DNA from: Porphyridium purpureum
Taxonomy: Eukaryota
Assembly (NCBI GenBank): GCA_008690995.1
Contig: VRMN01000002.1
Span: 2,232,001-2,296,000, forward strand
Direction of reading: 5' to 3'
Length of the DNA stretch: 64,000 bases
Shown here: one piece after another, positions 8,562-18,200 of the stretch
Position numbering within the stretch: the stretch's first letter is position 1
Layout: each line of letters opens with the position of its first letter
Position numbers and translations under genes: made by a program
Notes under the pieces: model-generated
Databases searched by the model: none
What the model saw: only the letters and a program-made list of their open reading frames with translations
Told to the model about the DNA's origin: nothing

Positions 8562-9764
8562 ATGAGCGAGTTTGTGGAGCGCGCGTTCGGCGTCTCGGAG
8601 CAAATCGGCTACGACGCGTTTCGAGCGCACTTGCTCCGCAATGCTCGATTCGTCGCGTCCACCACGCCCGCCGGGTTTGCGGCAGAGACTTGTGAAATCA
8701 TAGGGAGACACGGCGCCGTCCTGGCTGCGGGAACCGCGTACGTGCCATCTGTGGCTGAGCTCCACCAAGATGTGAGTGCCCTGCTCCACGACCCGCTTGT
8801 TCGTACGCTTGCGCTCGGCGGCGCGGAGGGCGCACGGCGCTCCACATCCGTGTGCAACGTGGTGGGGGAAGCTCGGGCCATGCACGCCCAGGCGGAAAAT
8901 GACGGCGCCGTGGTGCAGGCCGCGAGTCAGTTCAATCTGCTCGAGTTTCCGAGCCCGCGGGTCACGCCAGAAAATGGCATCCAGGGATATGAATTTGATC
9001 GCACGCAGGGCCCTGCATGTGCGATTGCGTGCGCCGCGGGCACCGCCTACCGGAACTACTTGATACCCACCCCATTTGGAAGGCCGGGCGCGCAGCGCGG
9101 GCAGACGGCACAGTGCCAAATCAATTGCCTTGCCGACATTGAACAAGCGGTGATCGAGAAAAGTGGTCGAGCACTGTGGGATACTGTCAACGGGTATGTC
9201 GAGTCAGACTCTTCCAGGCTCGACGAGCTCAATGCGTTGCTCGCCGGTACCGATGGATTGGAGGCGCGCTTGAAAAGCCTTCTGCGCATTGGCGTGCAAG
9301 AGAACACGCAGGTTACACATGACAAAGCCACATATACCAGCAGTCACCTTGGAACCGTGGGGGGCAAAATACTGACGGGAAGCGGGGCCGAGCCTGCCGC
9401 GAAGCATGCAAATCGTGTGACACAGGCCTATGCTTCTGCGCTCAGCATTGGATATTCCAGCGTAGAAGCGGACCGTTGGTGCCGCTTGGCACGAGTTGTG
9501 CTCGACGGAGCGTACGAAGCGACTCTCCTCGTGGGCGTCAAGCAGACGATCACGGCGCTGGCACAGGGAAAACCACGTCCTCGGATTCTCTTGACCAAAG
9601 TCGGTGGTGGCGTCTTCGAGAATAAGATAGAGTGGATCGTGACCGCCATGGCGCGCGCGGTGCGCAAGATTAGCCAACACGGCGTGCCCTTGGACATCCG
9701 CGTCGTGCACTACGGTTCTGTAGAGTCGCAGTACGAACGTCTGGCCACTCCACCAGTAAAATAA
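8562..9764 (+). CDS. Conserved uncharacterised protein (ASQFN...D.TQGP family), possibly macrodomain/PARG-like
   Basis: 400-aa ORF with motifs QAASQFNLLEFPSP..TPENG...Y..DRTQGPACA and LTKVGGGVFEN. Confidence 0.75.
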   Translation: MSEFVERAFGVSEQIGYDAFRAHLLRNARFVASTTPAGFAAETCEIIGRHGAVLAAGTAYVPSVAELHQDVSALLHDPLVRTLALGGAEGARRSTSVCNVVGEARAMHAQAENDGAVVQAASQFNLLEFPSPRVTPENGIQGYEFDRTQGPACAIACAAGTAYRNYLIPTPFGRPGAQRGQTAQCQINCLADIEQAVIEKSGRALWDTVNGYVESDSSRLDELNALLAGTDGLEARLKSLLRIGVQENTQVTHDKATYTSSHLGTVGGKILTGSGAEPAAKHANRVTQAYASALSIGYSSVEADRWCRLARVVLDGAYEATLLVGVKQTITALAQGKPRPRILLTKVGGGVFENKIEWIVTAMARAVRKISQHGVPLDIRVVHYGSVESQYERLATPPVK

Positions 9765-10088
9765 TGCCCTTCGGAGGCGCGAAAGCAAACTGGCTGGACA
9801 CCTGCTCGCCAGTCGGTTGGAGGGGAGACGGTGCGTGCGCTCGCGCTGACGGAATTTCCGCGCAAGGGCCAGTCCACAGTTTGGCACTGGAGCGAGCGGG
9901 CAGACAAGCTCCCCGCAGACTCGCCAAGTCTTGCGGAGGCCGCGCAAGCGCGCGCGCGTGCGTCGAGCGGGCTTACACCGACTCCCGGCCATTTCGACTG
10001 CGCTAACAAGCGACATGGTCTGCGTGGAAGCTGAAGCGCAAGCAATGGAGAGGCGGTAAGGGGCTGAGGTGGCGTCGCATAAAGGAAG

Positions 10089-10979
10089 ATGGCGACAATC
10101 TGGGATCTTGATCGACGGCGACTACGCGTTGCGTTCATCGCCACTGCACCGAGCGGCGCGCGACCCGTGAACTCGGCGCGATGCTGCGGCTCGCGCTCAA
10201 CACGGCGTGCTCGTAACATAGCCTGGCCGCGAAGATGTGAGGCACGGACCCATGGCTCTGCGCGTGGGCAAGAACATCGGCCAAGCTCCGCAACAACGCA
10301 AGGGCATTCATGTCGCGGTGAGCTTGTGGTGCGTACTGCGGAATTCAAGGACCTGCTGCGCGTCAGCGAGTTGCTTGTGGCAAGCTTTGAAGTGGTGAGC
10401 CCTATGTTTTCCGGCTTTGTCAGGGCGTATTTCTTTCGTATCGCTGTCCTTGAATATTATATAGGCATTTTATTGCGCCAGCTTTTTCAAACGCATCAAC
10501 GGAAAGTCCTTGTCGCTGAGTGGCGCGAGGCGCAGACCACGCTGGCAGGTACCATAGAGTTGACAACCATCGATGAGGATGACGCGGTACTTTCGTACCC
10601 CTTCCCGCTCGCAGAGGCGTTTCGGTCACCGCTCGAACCAGGCTTTTCCTCAGGGCCTGTAGACGCATCACGAGAAAGCGGCCAAAAAAAGAGCAAGCGA
10701 CACGATCAAAAGCTTCCGTACATGCAGAATTTGGCCGTCGATGCCACGGTGCGTCGCGGAGGTGTTGGACGCGCGCTCGTGCAGGCGTGTGAGGAAATTG
10801 CTCAGAGTCAGGGGCACGCAGCGCTTTATCTGCATTATTTGGAGACCGCCGAGACGCCGGGGCGCTTTTGGACATCTCTGGGCTACCAGAGTCTCGCCCG
10901 CGACAACTTCACAGTGCCAATTTTAAGGAAGCTATTTGGGCTCGAGGTGCGCCGCTTTGCTGGAAAGCGCATGCGCTAG
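10089..10979 (+). CDS. GNAT-family acetyltransferase, probably plastid-targeted
   Basis: Motif A YMQNLAVDATVRRGGVGRALVQACE and motif B ..FW.SLGY. Arg/Ser/Ala-rich N-terminus with AF motif. Confidence 0.85.
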   Translation: MATIWDLDRRRLRVAFIATAPSGARPVNSARCCGSRSTRRARNIAWPRRCEARTHGSARGQEHRPSSATTQGHSCRGELVVRTAEFKDLLRVSELLVASFEVVSPMFSGFVRAYFFRIAVLEYYIGILLRQLFQTHQRKVLVAEWREAQTTLAGTIELTTIDEDDAVLSYPFPLAEAFRSPLEPGFSSGPVDASRESGQKKSKRHDQKLPYMQNLAVDATVRRGGVGRALVQACEEIAQSQGHAALYLHYLETAETPGRFWTSLGYQSLARDNFTVPILRKLFGLEVRRFAGKRMR

Positions 10980-11003
10980 AATTTATGGCTCTTCGAGGAT
11001 GGT

Positions 11004-13388
11004 CTACTCGGGTGGTTCAAAGACGACGAGTTCCTGGTCGAGCTGTACATCTTGGTCTACACTGCACGCCACTTTCAAAACTTTCAATGTGCGCGGCGCA
11101 GTCAACATGGTCTGCATTTTCATCGCCTCCAGGCACAACACGTCTTGCCCTTCACGTACAACGTCGCCTTCGCTCACGAAAATGCCGCGCACACACCCAG
11201 TCATGGACGCACGAATGGAGGTATCCTCGGTCGCTTCCACTGTGCGGTCAGGCCGATTGGCCATGATCGGTTCAAGCGAAAGGACAAACGGTGTGCGAAC
11301 CATCGCTTTCAGCTCAGCACCCTTGCTCAGGAGACTCAGCGTGCCACCAGCACCGTAATAATCCGCACCGATTCGCTGGAAGCATGCTGATACACCATTG
11401 ACCTGCCCGGAAACCAGGCTAGAGCGCGCACCGATGGACACTTCCTTGTACTCTTGCACTTGGATGGCGTGCTCCTGGTCCTGCTCGCCACAAATGTCAA
11501 AATTAGTCGTGGTACGCCGGGTAAATTGAGCTTGTTTGGCCTGCGAAAATGTCGTGCGGTGCACCTGCCCTTCAAAATCCACAATATCAATAACAACCTC
11601 CTTCTCTGAAGGCGCCTTGCGGAAAAAGTGTACGGCCACGAGCGCCATGAGTTCCGAGATTTCAGCTGGTGACAGCCGCACACCCTTGAAGCCGTCCGGC
11701 CATTCTTGCTCGAAGAGTTTTGTGGTCATGTCACCAGTGATCACCTGCTCCAGCCGTGTCAGCGCGCGTAAAAACGCAAGGTTAGTTTGCACGCCCTGCA
11801 CAATATATCGGTCAAGTGCATCCCCGAGAGAGCGCAATGCTGCGTCGCGCGTCGGTGCGTGCACAACAAGCTTGGCGAGCATGGGGTCATAAAAAATGCC
11901 GATGTGGCTTCCATCAGTCACCCCAGAGTCTACGCGCACGCCCGAGCTCGAGAATCCGAGCGCCGTGTCCAGCTTTCTGGCCGCGGCTGCTGCTGCTGCT
12001 GCTGCTGCTGAATCCGGGGTACCATTTGCGGTCAATGTCGGAGGTGGCAAGAGCACCGGCTCCTTGTACGCATGAAGCGTTCCAGTGCATGGAATAAAAT
12101 GACGCGCCGGATTCTCGGCGTACAGGCGCGCTTCAAAAGCATGACCATGAATCTCGCTCACAAGAGTCTCCTGGTCGAGGTCTAGCTTCTCGCCCTGCGC
12201 AATCCGAATCATCCATTGAGCCAGATCAACTCCAGATATGGCTTCGGTGATGGGGTGTTCTACCTGGAGGCGTGTGTTCATCTCCAGAAAATAAAAGCTG
12301 GCATCCACGCCAGATACCAGAAACTCTACCGTGCCGGCGCTTTCGTATCCGACTTTTCGCGCAAGCGCTACCGCCTGGGAGCCCATGGCTCGGCGCAGCT
12401 CGGGTGTTCCAAACGGAGACGGCGCCTCCTCGATCACTTTCTGGTTGCGGCGTTGCATGGAACATTCGCGCTCAGGAAAGTAGAGGACATTATTGTGCTT
12501 GTCTGCCAGCAACTGAATTTCAATGTGTCTTGGCTTTTCGATGAACTTTTCGACCAGCAACGCGTCATTGCCGAAAAAGCTTAATGCCTCCGACTTGCAT
12601 GTGTTGAAAGCCTTGACGCATTCTGCATCAGAGTACGCCACGCGCATACCTTTGCCGCCCCCGCCTGCCGACGCCTTGATCATTACCGGATACCCAATGT
12701 CGTTAGCAATCTGCTTGGCGTGCACGGCATTTTCGACTTGCCCAACAAAGCCAGGAATCATGTTCATACCAGCCGCCTTGGCGATGCGTTTGGACTCAAT
12801 TTTGTCGCCCATGGCCTCAATGGCGTGCGCCGGCGGTCCTACGAACACGATGCCGCGCTCGTGCAGCGCACTGGCCAGCAGCGGATTCTCGCTCAGAAAG
12901 CCATATCCAGGGGCAACTGCGTCTGCCTTTGCGCGCGCTGCCGCGTCGACAACACGCTCCACATTCAAGTACGACTCACGCGGGTCTGAACCGCCCAGGA
13001 AGACGGAAAAGTCGGTGCCACGCGTGTGCGGCGCGTCACGGTCAAACTGCGAAAAGATCGACACACTTTCCATCCGCAGCGCGCGCGCGGCGCGCGCAAA
13101 ACGCAGCACTATCTCGCCGCGGTTGGCAATCAGCACGCGCCGCAGTCGCTCCGTGCTGCCCATTTCATCATGCACGCCAGAGCAATGACTGTCAAACTCT
13201 ACGGACGCGCTCGTCTGCCTGTGTTCCCATTTGCCCAGCCAGATAAATCCTGGAAAGAAAATCTCGAGTGTCGGCACGATTTGTTCTTCCACACCCTGTG
13301 GCGTCATGAATGCGACTGAGCTATGCGCCATGGCGGATGTGTGGCGTCGCAAAGTGGCACGTGCCGCGTTTGCAGCGCCTCTGAACAT
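11004..13388 (-). CDS. PCCA: Propionyl-CoA carboxylase alpha chain (biotin carboxylase + biotinyl domain); start uncertain (13388, 13331, 13307 or 13163)
   Basis: LIANRGEI, PGYGFLSEN, MGDKIESK, KASAGGGGKGMR, ERECSMQRRNQKV, EMNTRLQVEHP and biotin site EAMKM. Confidence 0.88.
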   Translation of the reverse strand: MFRGAANAARATLRRHTSAMAHSSVAFMTPQGVEEQIVPTLEIFFPGFIWLGKWEHRQTSASVEFDSHCSGVHDEMGSTERLRRVLIANRGEIVLRFARAARALRMESVSIFSQFDRDAPHTRGTDFSVFLGGSDPRESYLNVERVVDAAARAKADAVAPGYGFLSENPLLASALHERGIVFVGPPAHAIEAMGDKIESKRIAKAAGMNMIPGFVGQVENAVHAKQIANDIGYPVMIKASAGGGGKGMRVAYSDAECVKAFNTCKSEALSFFGNDALLVEKFIEKPRHIEIQLLADKHNNVLYFPERECSMQRRNQKVIEEAPSPFGTPELRRAMGSQAVALARKVGYESAGTVEFLVSGVDASFYFLEMNTRLQVEHPITEAISGVDLAQWMIRIAQGEKLDLDQETLVSEIHGHAFEARLYAENPARHFIPCTGTLHAYKEPVLLPPPTLTANGTPDSAAAAAAAAAARKLDTALGFSSSGVRVDSGVTDGSHIGIFYDPMLAKLVVHAPTRDAALRSLGDALDRYIVQGVQTNLAFLRALTRLEQVITGDMTTKLFEQEWPDGFKGVRLSPAEISELMALVAVHFFRKAPSEKEVVIDIVDFEGQVHRTTFSQAKQAQFTRRTTTNFDICGEQDQEHAIQVQEYKEVSIGARSSLVSGQVNGVSACFQRIGADYYGAGGTLSLLSKGAELKAMVRTPFVLSLEPIMANRPDRTVEATEDTSIRASMTGCVRGIFVSEGDVVREGQDVLCLEAMKMQTMLTAPRTLKVLKVACSVDQDVQLDQELVVFEPPE

Positions 13389-14157
13389 GACTCACGACGT
13401 CCCTGCCAAAGGCCAGGACGCCGCGACGCAGAATGCGCGCCGACGAAAGGCAGCCGGGCTGCGCAGCTACCGAAGGCAGAGCGCGAGAGATACGTCCAAG
13501 GCACAACGACGCGTGTTGCAGCAGCTATATCCGCATTACACTGTTGCTGTTGAGGTACGCTCTGTTGAAGGAGCGCGCTCTCCGGTGCGTCGCCTGTCTT
13601 GGGGACACGAACAAGCAGGTCGACCGCTGCACATTGAAATCGGATCAGGGTCAGGCGAAGTGATGCTGGCGTTGGCGGAGCGGCATTCAGGCGCCAACAT
13701 ATTGGGCATTGAAGTGCACAAGCCCAGCGTCGCGGCCATTGTGCAGAAGCTGCATGCGCGCGCAGCGCACCTCACGAATGTACGTGTGCTGAGGATGGAT
13801 GCTATGACCATGGTGGCGTTCTGCATCGAGCCCAGCTCGGTCGACGCCGTGCATGTGTACTTTCCCGATCCATTCCCTGAAGCGCACGATCGCCGACTTT
13901 TACGGCCGTATTTTATTGAATTGCTGGCCGACGCTCTCGTTTTGGGCGGCCAGCTCAACGTTGCAACAGACGATGCCCACTACGCCGCGAGCATCCGTGA
14001 TTTGCTCAGCCAATTCGACTCACACTTTGAAGAGCAGATGGTTCACGAGCGTCCAGACTGGCGGCCAATTAGCAAGTACGAGGGAAAGGCTCTTCGAGAA
14101 GGCCGCACAGAAATCTTTGAGTTTAAATACATATTGAGGCGAGACAGAAAACACTGA
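13306..14157 (+). CDS. trmB: tRNA (guanine-N7)-methyltransferase, bacterial TrmB type; start uncertain (13306/13330/13387)
   Basis: LRSYRRQ..R..KAQ..L N-terminal motif, IEIGSGSG, LGIEVH, YFPDP, ATD...Y, SKYEGKA..EGR. Confidence 0.9.
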   Translation: MNATELCAMADVWRRKVARAAFAAPLNMTHDVPAKGQDAATQNARRRKAAGLRSYRRQSARDTSKAQRRVLQQLYPHYTVAVEVRSVEGARSPVRRLSWGHEQAGRPLHIEIGSGSGEVMLALAERHSGANILGIEVHKPSVAAIVQKLHARAAHLTNVRVLRMDAMTMVAFCIEPSSVDAVHVYFPDPFPEAHDRRLLRPYFIELLADALVLGGQLNVATDDAHYAASIRDLLSQFDSHFEEQMVHERPDWRPISKYEGKALREGRTEIFEFKYILRRDRKH

Positions 14158-14162
14158 TTAGC

Positions 14163-15110
14163 CTACTTCGCCACTGAGTGGGCTTTTCCGACACTCTTTG
14201 CTTGCCGTTTCTTGAGGGGTGCGTTGAATGCCTCGAAAAGCCGCTTGGCTTTCACAGCGCCCATTCCTGGCTGGCTGCGCAGGTCGCGTTCAGAAGCCTT
14301 CACAATGGCCGCGAGCGTCCCGAATCGCGACGCGAGCATCAGCGCGTTGCTCTTGTTTACCGGCCGAACGGATGTAAGCGCAGCGCTCAGTGTTGAGAGA
14401 TAATCAGGCTCGCTGTGCGGGATGATGGCTGTCGGGTTCTTCTCGTCGAGCGCTCTAAACGTTTCTAGGTAGCGCGCCGCCTCGCCGTAGGTCGACGCGC
14501 AAATCAGCGTCAAATTGGCCAAAATGCACAGCTTTGTGAGCTCAGTGAGCGACTGGACCGGGTCTGGGATATCGGCCAGCACCAAAAGCACGCGCAGTTT
14601 GTAATCGGTGGGCGCGAGCTTCTTGAGCCGCTCGTATATGTATCCTTTGTTGAGTAGGTGGAACTGTAGCGATAGAAAGAACACGCATGAGTGCGCACCG
14701 CACAGAAAGTCTGCTTCAAATCCTGGCATCACCTGTTTCAGCACATGGCGCACCCATTTCAGCACCGGGTTTCTTCGCTGCGCGGGATGAATAACGAGTG
14801 CCGTTTTCGCCTTATCGCGCGCTGCTTTTGCTTCTACGAGCGCGAGTTCACCATGTGACATTCCGGAGGCAGACGCACCTTCCTTCACCGCACTCCCGTT
14901 CCCATCCACATTTTCCTGAACCTGCTGTTCCAGGCTCTCCCGTTCGGCTGCCACGTACGTGTCGGTCCCGCGCAGGAACTCGAACGATTCTGCAAAGCTT
15001 TTGCCACCTACTTGAGCACCGCCATGACCAGCCGCTGCCCGAGCACCAGCGTCAGATGTTTCCGCGCCAACATCTCTCTCTTCGCGTCGCGAGTCTGCAC
15101 GCGCCTGCAT
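14163..15110 (-). CDS. ERCC1: DNA excision repair protein ERCC1/Rad10
   Basis: QRRNPVLKWVR, FFLSLQFHLLNKGYIYERL, LRVLLVLAD, EAARYLETF and C-terminal HhH2 (VNKSNA..L..FGTL, PGMGAVKAKRL). Confidence 0.93.
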   Translation of the reverse strand: MQARADSRREERDVGAETSDAGARAAAGHGGAQVGGKSFAESFEFLRGTDTYVAAERESLEQQVQENVDGNGSAVKEGASASGMSHGELALVEAKAARDKAKTALVIHPAQRRNPVLKWVRHVLKQVMPGFEADFLCGAHSCVFFLSLQFHLLNKGYIYERLKKLAPTDYKLRVLLVLADIPDPVQSLTELTKLCILANLTLICASTYGEAARYLETFRALDEKNPTAIIPHSEPDYLSTLSAALTSVRPVNKSNALMLASRFGTLAAIVKASERDLRSQPGMGAVKAKRLFEAFNAPLKKRQAKSVGKAHSVAK

Positions 15111-15217
15111 CTCGGTCCGCCCGCCACAACCTTGGCGCGATTGACGTGACGACGACGAACACGACTGCTCGATAGCGCGCGCTTGATTGCCACGAAGACA
15201 CAAGACGGGCGAGGATC

Positions 15218-15251
15218 AGAGAGAGAGAGAGAGAGAAAGAGACAGACAGAC
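15218..15251. repeat. (GA)n/(GACA)n microsatellite in the ERCC1/THOC2 divergent intergenic region
   Basis: agagagagagagagagagaaagagacagacagac. Confidence 0.8.
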
Positions 15252-15286
15252 AGCGTGAGAAAGTGAGGCGCCGCAAGCTTGGCAGG

Positions 15287-18200
15287 ATGCAGACTCTGCC
15301 GGAACACACGGCGGTGTTGCAAATGCAACGCGTGATGACAGAGTGTGTTAATACTGCGCTCCTCGCGCTCGGAAATGGTGCCGAAGAACCGGATTGGGCG
15401 CTCGTAAAACCTGTGCTGGACGGTGCGATTGAGCGGATTCGCTCGATTAGGGATGCAACCACAGCGGTGCTGTCGACCTCGCCCCGGATGATGCATTTGT
15501 CGGCTGAGCTACGGGAAGAAGAGCGCGATGAGTTGAGAAACAGTCAGGTCGGCTGGGCGTTCGAGTGCGCAGCGAGGGATATTTTTGTCCCTAGCGTCCT
15601 GAACATCGCACAAAACGCACACAGCCATCCGTCTGAGCAATCACCCCAAGCTCTCCACTTGGCGCCAGATGGAGACCGTCCATGTCAAGATCAAAGGTGT
15701 GCGCAAGTTCTGCGCTCGCTCGGTGAGGCCTTGGTGGCGCAAACGTGGTTGAAGGCTAGAGATTTGATCGTTCGGCTCCCAGACCAGGCACTGGCAGCCT
15801 TGCAGATCGTCGACAAGGACTACTATTTTAAAATGGCGAGGTACAAGCGCAAGTGTGTGGTTGAGAAACCTCCCGTGCACAACTTGGCCCGGGAGGAGCC
15901 CGATGGCTTCACCCAGCTGTTCTGGCACCTAAATGACCACATACTTCCGCGCAAGGACAACAGTGTTCCAACCACGGAGGAATGTGACACGGGGTCAAGA
16001 AGCGAGGATGAGATTTCTCGCGCGCTTCGGCGGTTCGAATCTCGCACGCGCGCTTGCATTGGCACGTTTCAGCTTGCGCCGAATCGGGTCGCAGACCACG
16101 CACTGCTTTGCATTCAGCTGCGCATAGAGCGGGACATTACTCGGGCAGTGATGGAAAAGCAGAATATCACATTCAAAACGAGCAGTCTGAATTGCACCGA
16201 CGATGCGGTGCGGCTCTGCCCGTCAGCTGACCTCGTCCGCATTTGCAAGAGCAAAAGGATCGAGCGCGCCGTGCTTGACTGCTTTGATGAGGCAAACGTC
16301 GCTTACGTATTAGGTACAAAACTGCGCGGCTACTCGCGGACATGTGACCAACGTATCGACCCTCTAGACAACGCCATCCAGCCAGTCCCACGCGCCCCGC
16401 TGTCTCTTCTGTTGCTGGTGGCGACGTTGATCTTGGAAAAGAAAGTGTCGCTCAAACTCATATGGGCCTATTGCGAACCTTCAGACAAAGCGCTAGCGGC
16501 ACAGAATATTGACTTTTGGCAGAAGGCGAAGAAGGCAGAGCACGAAATGGAAAACGAGCGGTCCTTAGGAGGCGGAGGTGCAAGCGCTGTGGGAGGTAGA
16601 CTGGGGCCCAGAAAGAACGCATCGCCCGCTGAAGACACGGATCCGGCCCGGCAGAGGAGTAATCGTTTGTCTGCGATTCGTTCTGCGCTCCGCAACTTTG
16701 ATTCGGGCCATCCTTGTGCGGCTCAGACGGAACCATATGACGCTAATGGCCAAAAGCTGTTGCTCTTAGAATCTTTCTTACGGCTCGGTGAGTGGACGCT
16801 TGCGCTGGCCGTGCAGCGACGCATGTGCTCTGTGCATGAGAGCGGCGTGGGACCGATGACAGGGTCAAATGCTGCGTCACCGGTTCACGTACTTTATGAT
16901 GTTGCTTCGCATGCGGGTGTTGCGGACGCCATGATACATCTATGCCAAGCAGTTTTGCTTCCACTGTTCTCGCCATCGCGGCGCCGTTTCGAGAACAAGC
17001 ACGGCGCCCAGTACAGCGTCCAGGAGGAGGTTGCCGCACTGACCGTCCCTGCAGGCAGCGAAAGCATTCAGGGTGACCAGAGAAAGATGAAACAGCTCGG
17101 AACTTTTGAAGAGCTTGACTTGGCAATGAAGAATGAAGATGGCATGTCGGGAGGAATCCGCGACCTATTGCTAGCGCTGGGCGTTCACGCGTCGTACAAC
17201 ATACGTTTTGTGTTCCAATTGGCTACCTTGGGCGTAGGCGAAACGAGCAGCGTGTCCGGTACGAGTCCCGACGGGACTGGGTTGCTTGCAGAGTCAACGC
17301 CTCGTGCGAGCACTGTTGCATTCCTAGTATCCCGTATTTTGCTACCGGTACAATCAGTTCTGTTTGGAGACGCGGGATTGCTCGACGCGTGCATGTGGCG
17401 CCAGATGAGTGAGTGCGCCGGGCTTGACTTTGCAGAGCGCGCTCGAGTTTACGCGGACGCACTGTTTGTCATGCGATACGTGCATACCAAGTGCATGGTG
17501 GCGCGAGCAAGTGCGACGAATGAGGTGCGATTCCACTTGCGGCGGTTTTCGAGCAACGCAGTCGCAGAGCTTTCTACCAAGCTCGCGGTGTGCTGTCAGT
17601 ATGGCGGCCTATGCGTGCCATCTGTTCTGCTCCGCCAGGTCATGTCGTATGGCAACATGGTTGCCCCACTTGCTAAGGCCATGGCCACGCTGTCCATTCT
17701 AGAGTTTGACCAGCTGTTGTACTTTTGTCTCGACCAACTAGAAATGCTCTTCATGAGCGGTACTCATGAACGCAGCACTAATCGACGCCGCGCTCACGGT
17801 GAAGCAGAATTAGCGGTGCGCCCCGACGGCACACTCAATTCCAAATTTGCCTACCTGATTGAGTTTTTAGCGTTGCTGCTCAGTCACTTTCCGGCGAGCT
17901 TGGATGTTCCAGCGGTGCTTCATTACGTGCTGGACCGTGGCACGAGCAGTGTCGGTGCTGCCATGGGCACTCCGGCCTTGCTGCTGCTCCGCGAAGTGCT
18001 TCTTCGTATGTGTGGCACCGCCGTATCGGACGAGCTGGGTTCGCGTGGAATCCACGCGCTCGCCATGCTTCCCACGTCGCGCATGTTTGTGGTGCGTGAG
18101 GAAAAGGGAATTCCTGTCGTGAGTACGGAATCGCGTATTGCGCGGGAGCGCCTTGTACGTGCCGCGTACAGTAGCCCTGCGTTGGCTGATAGTCTTGCCA

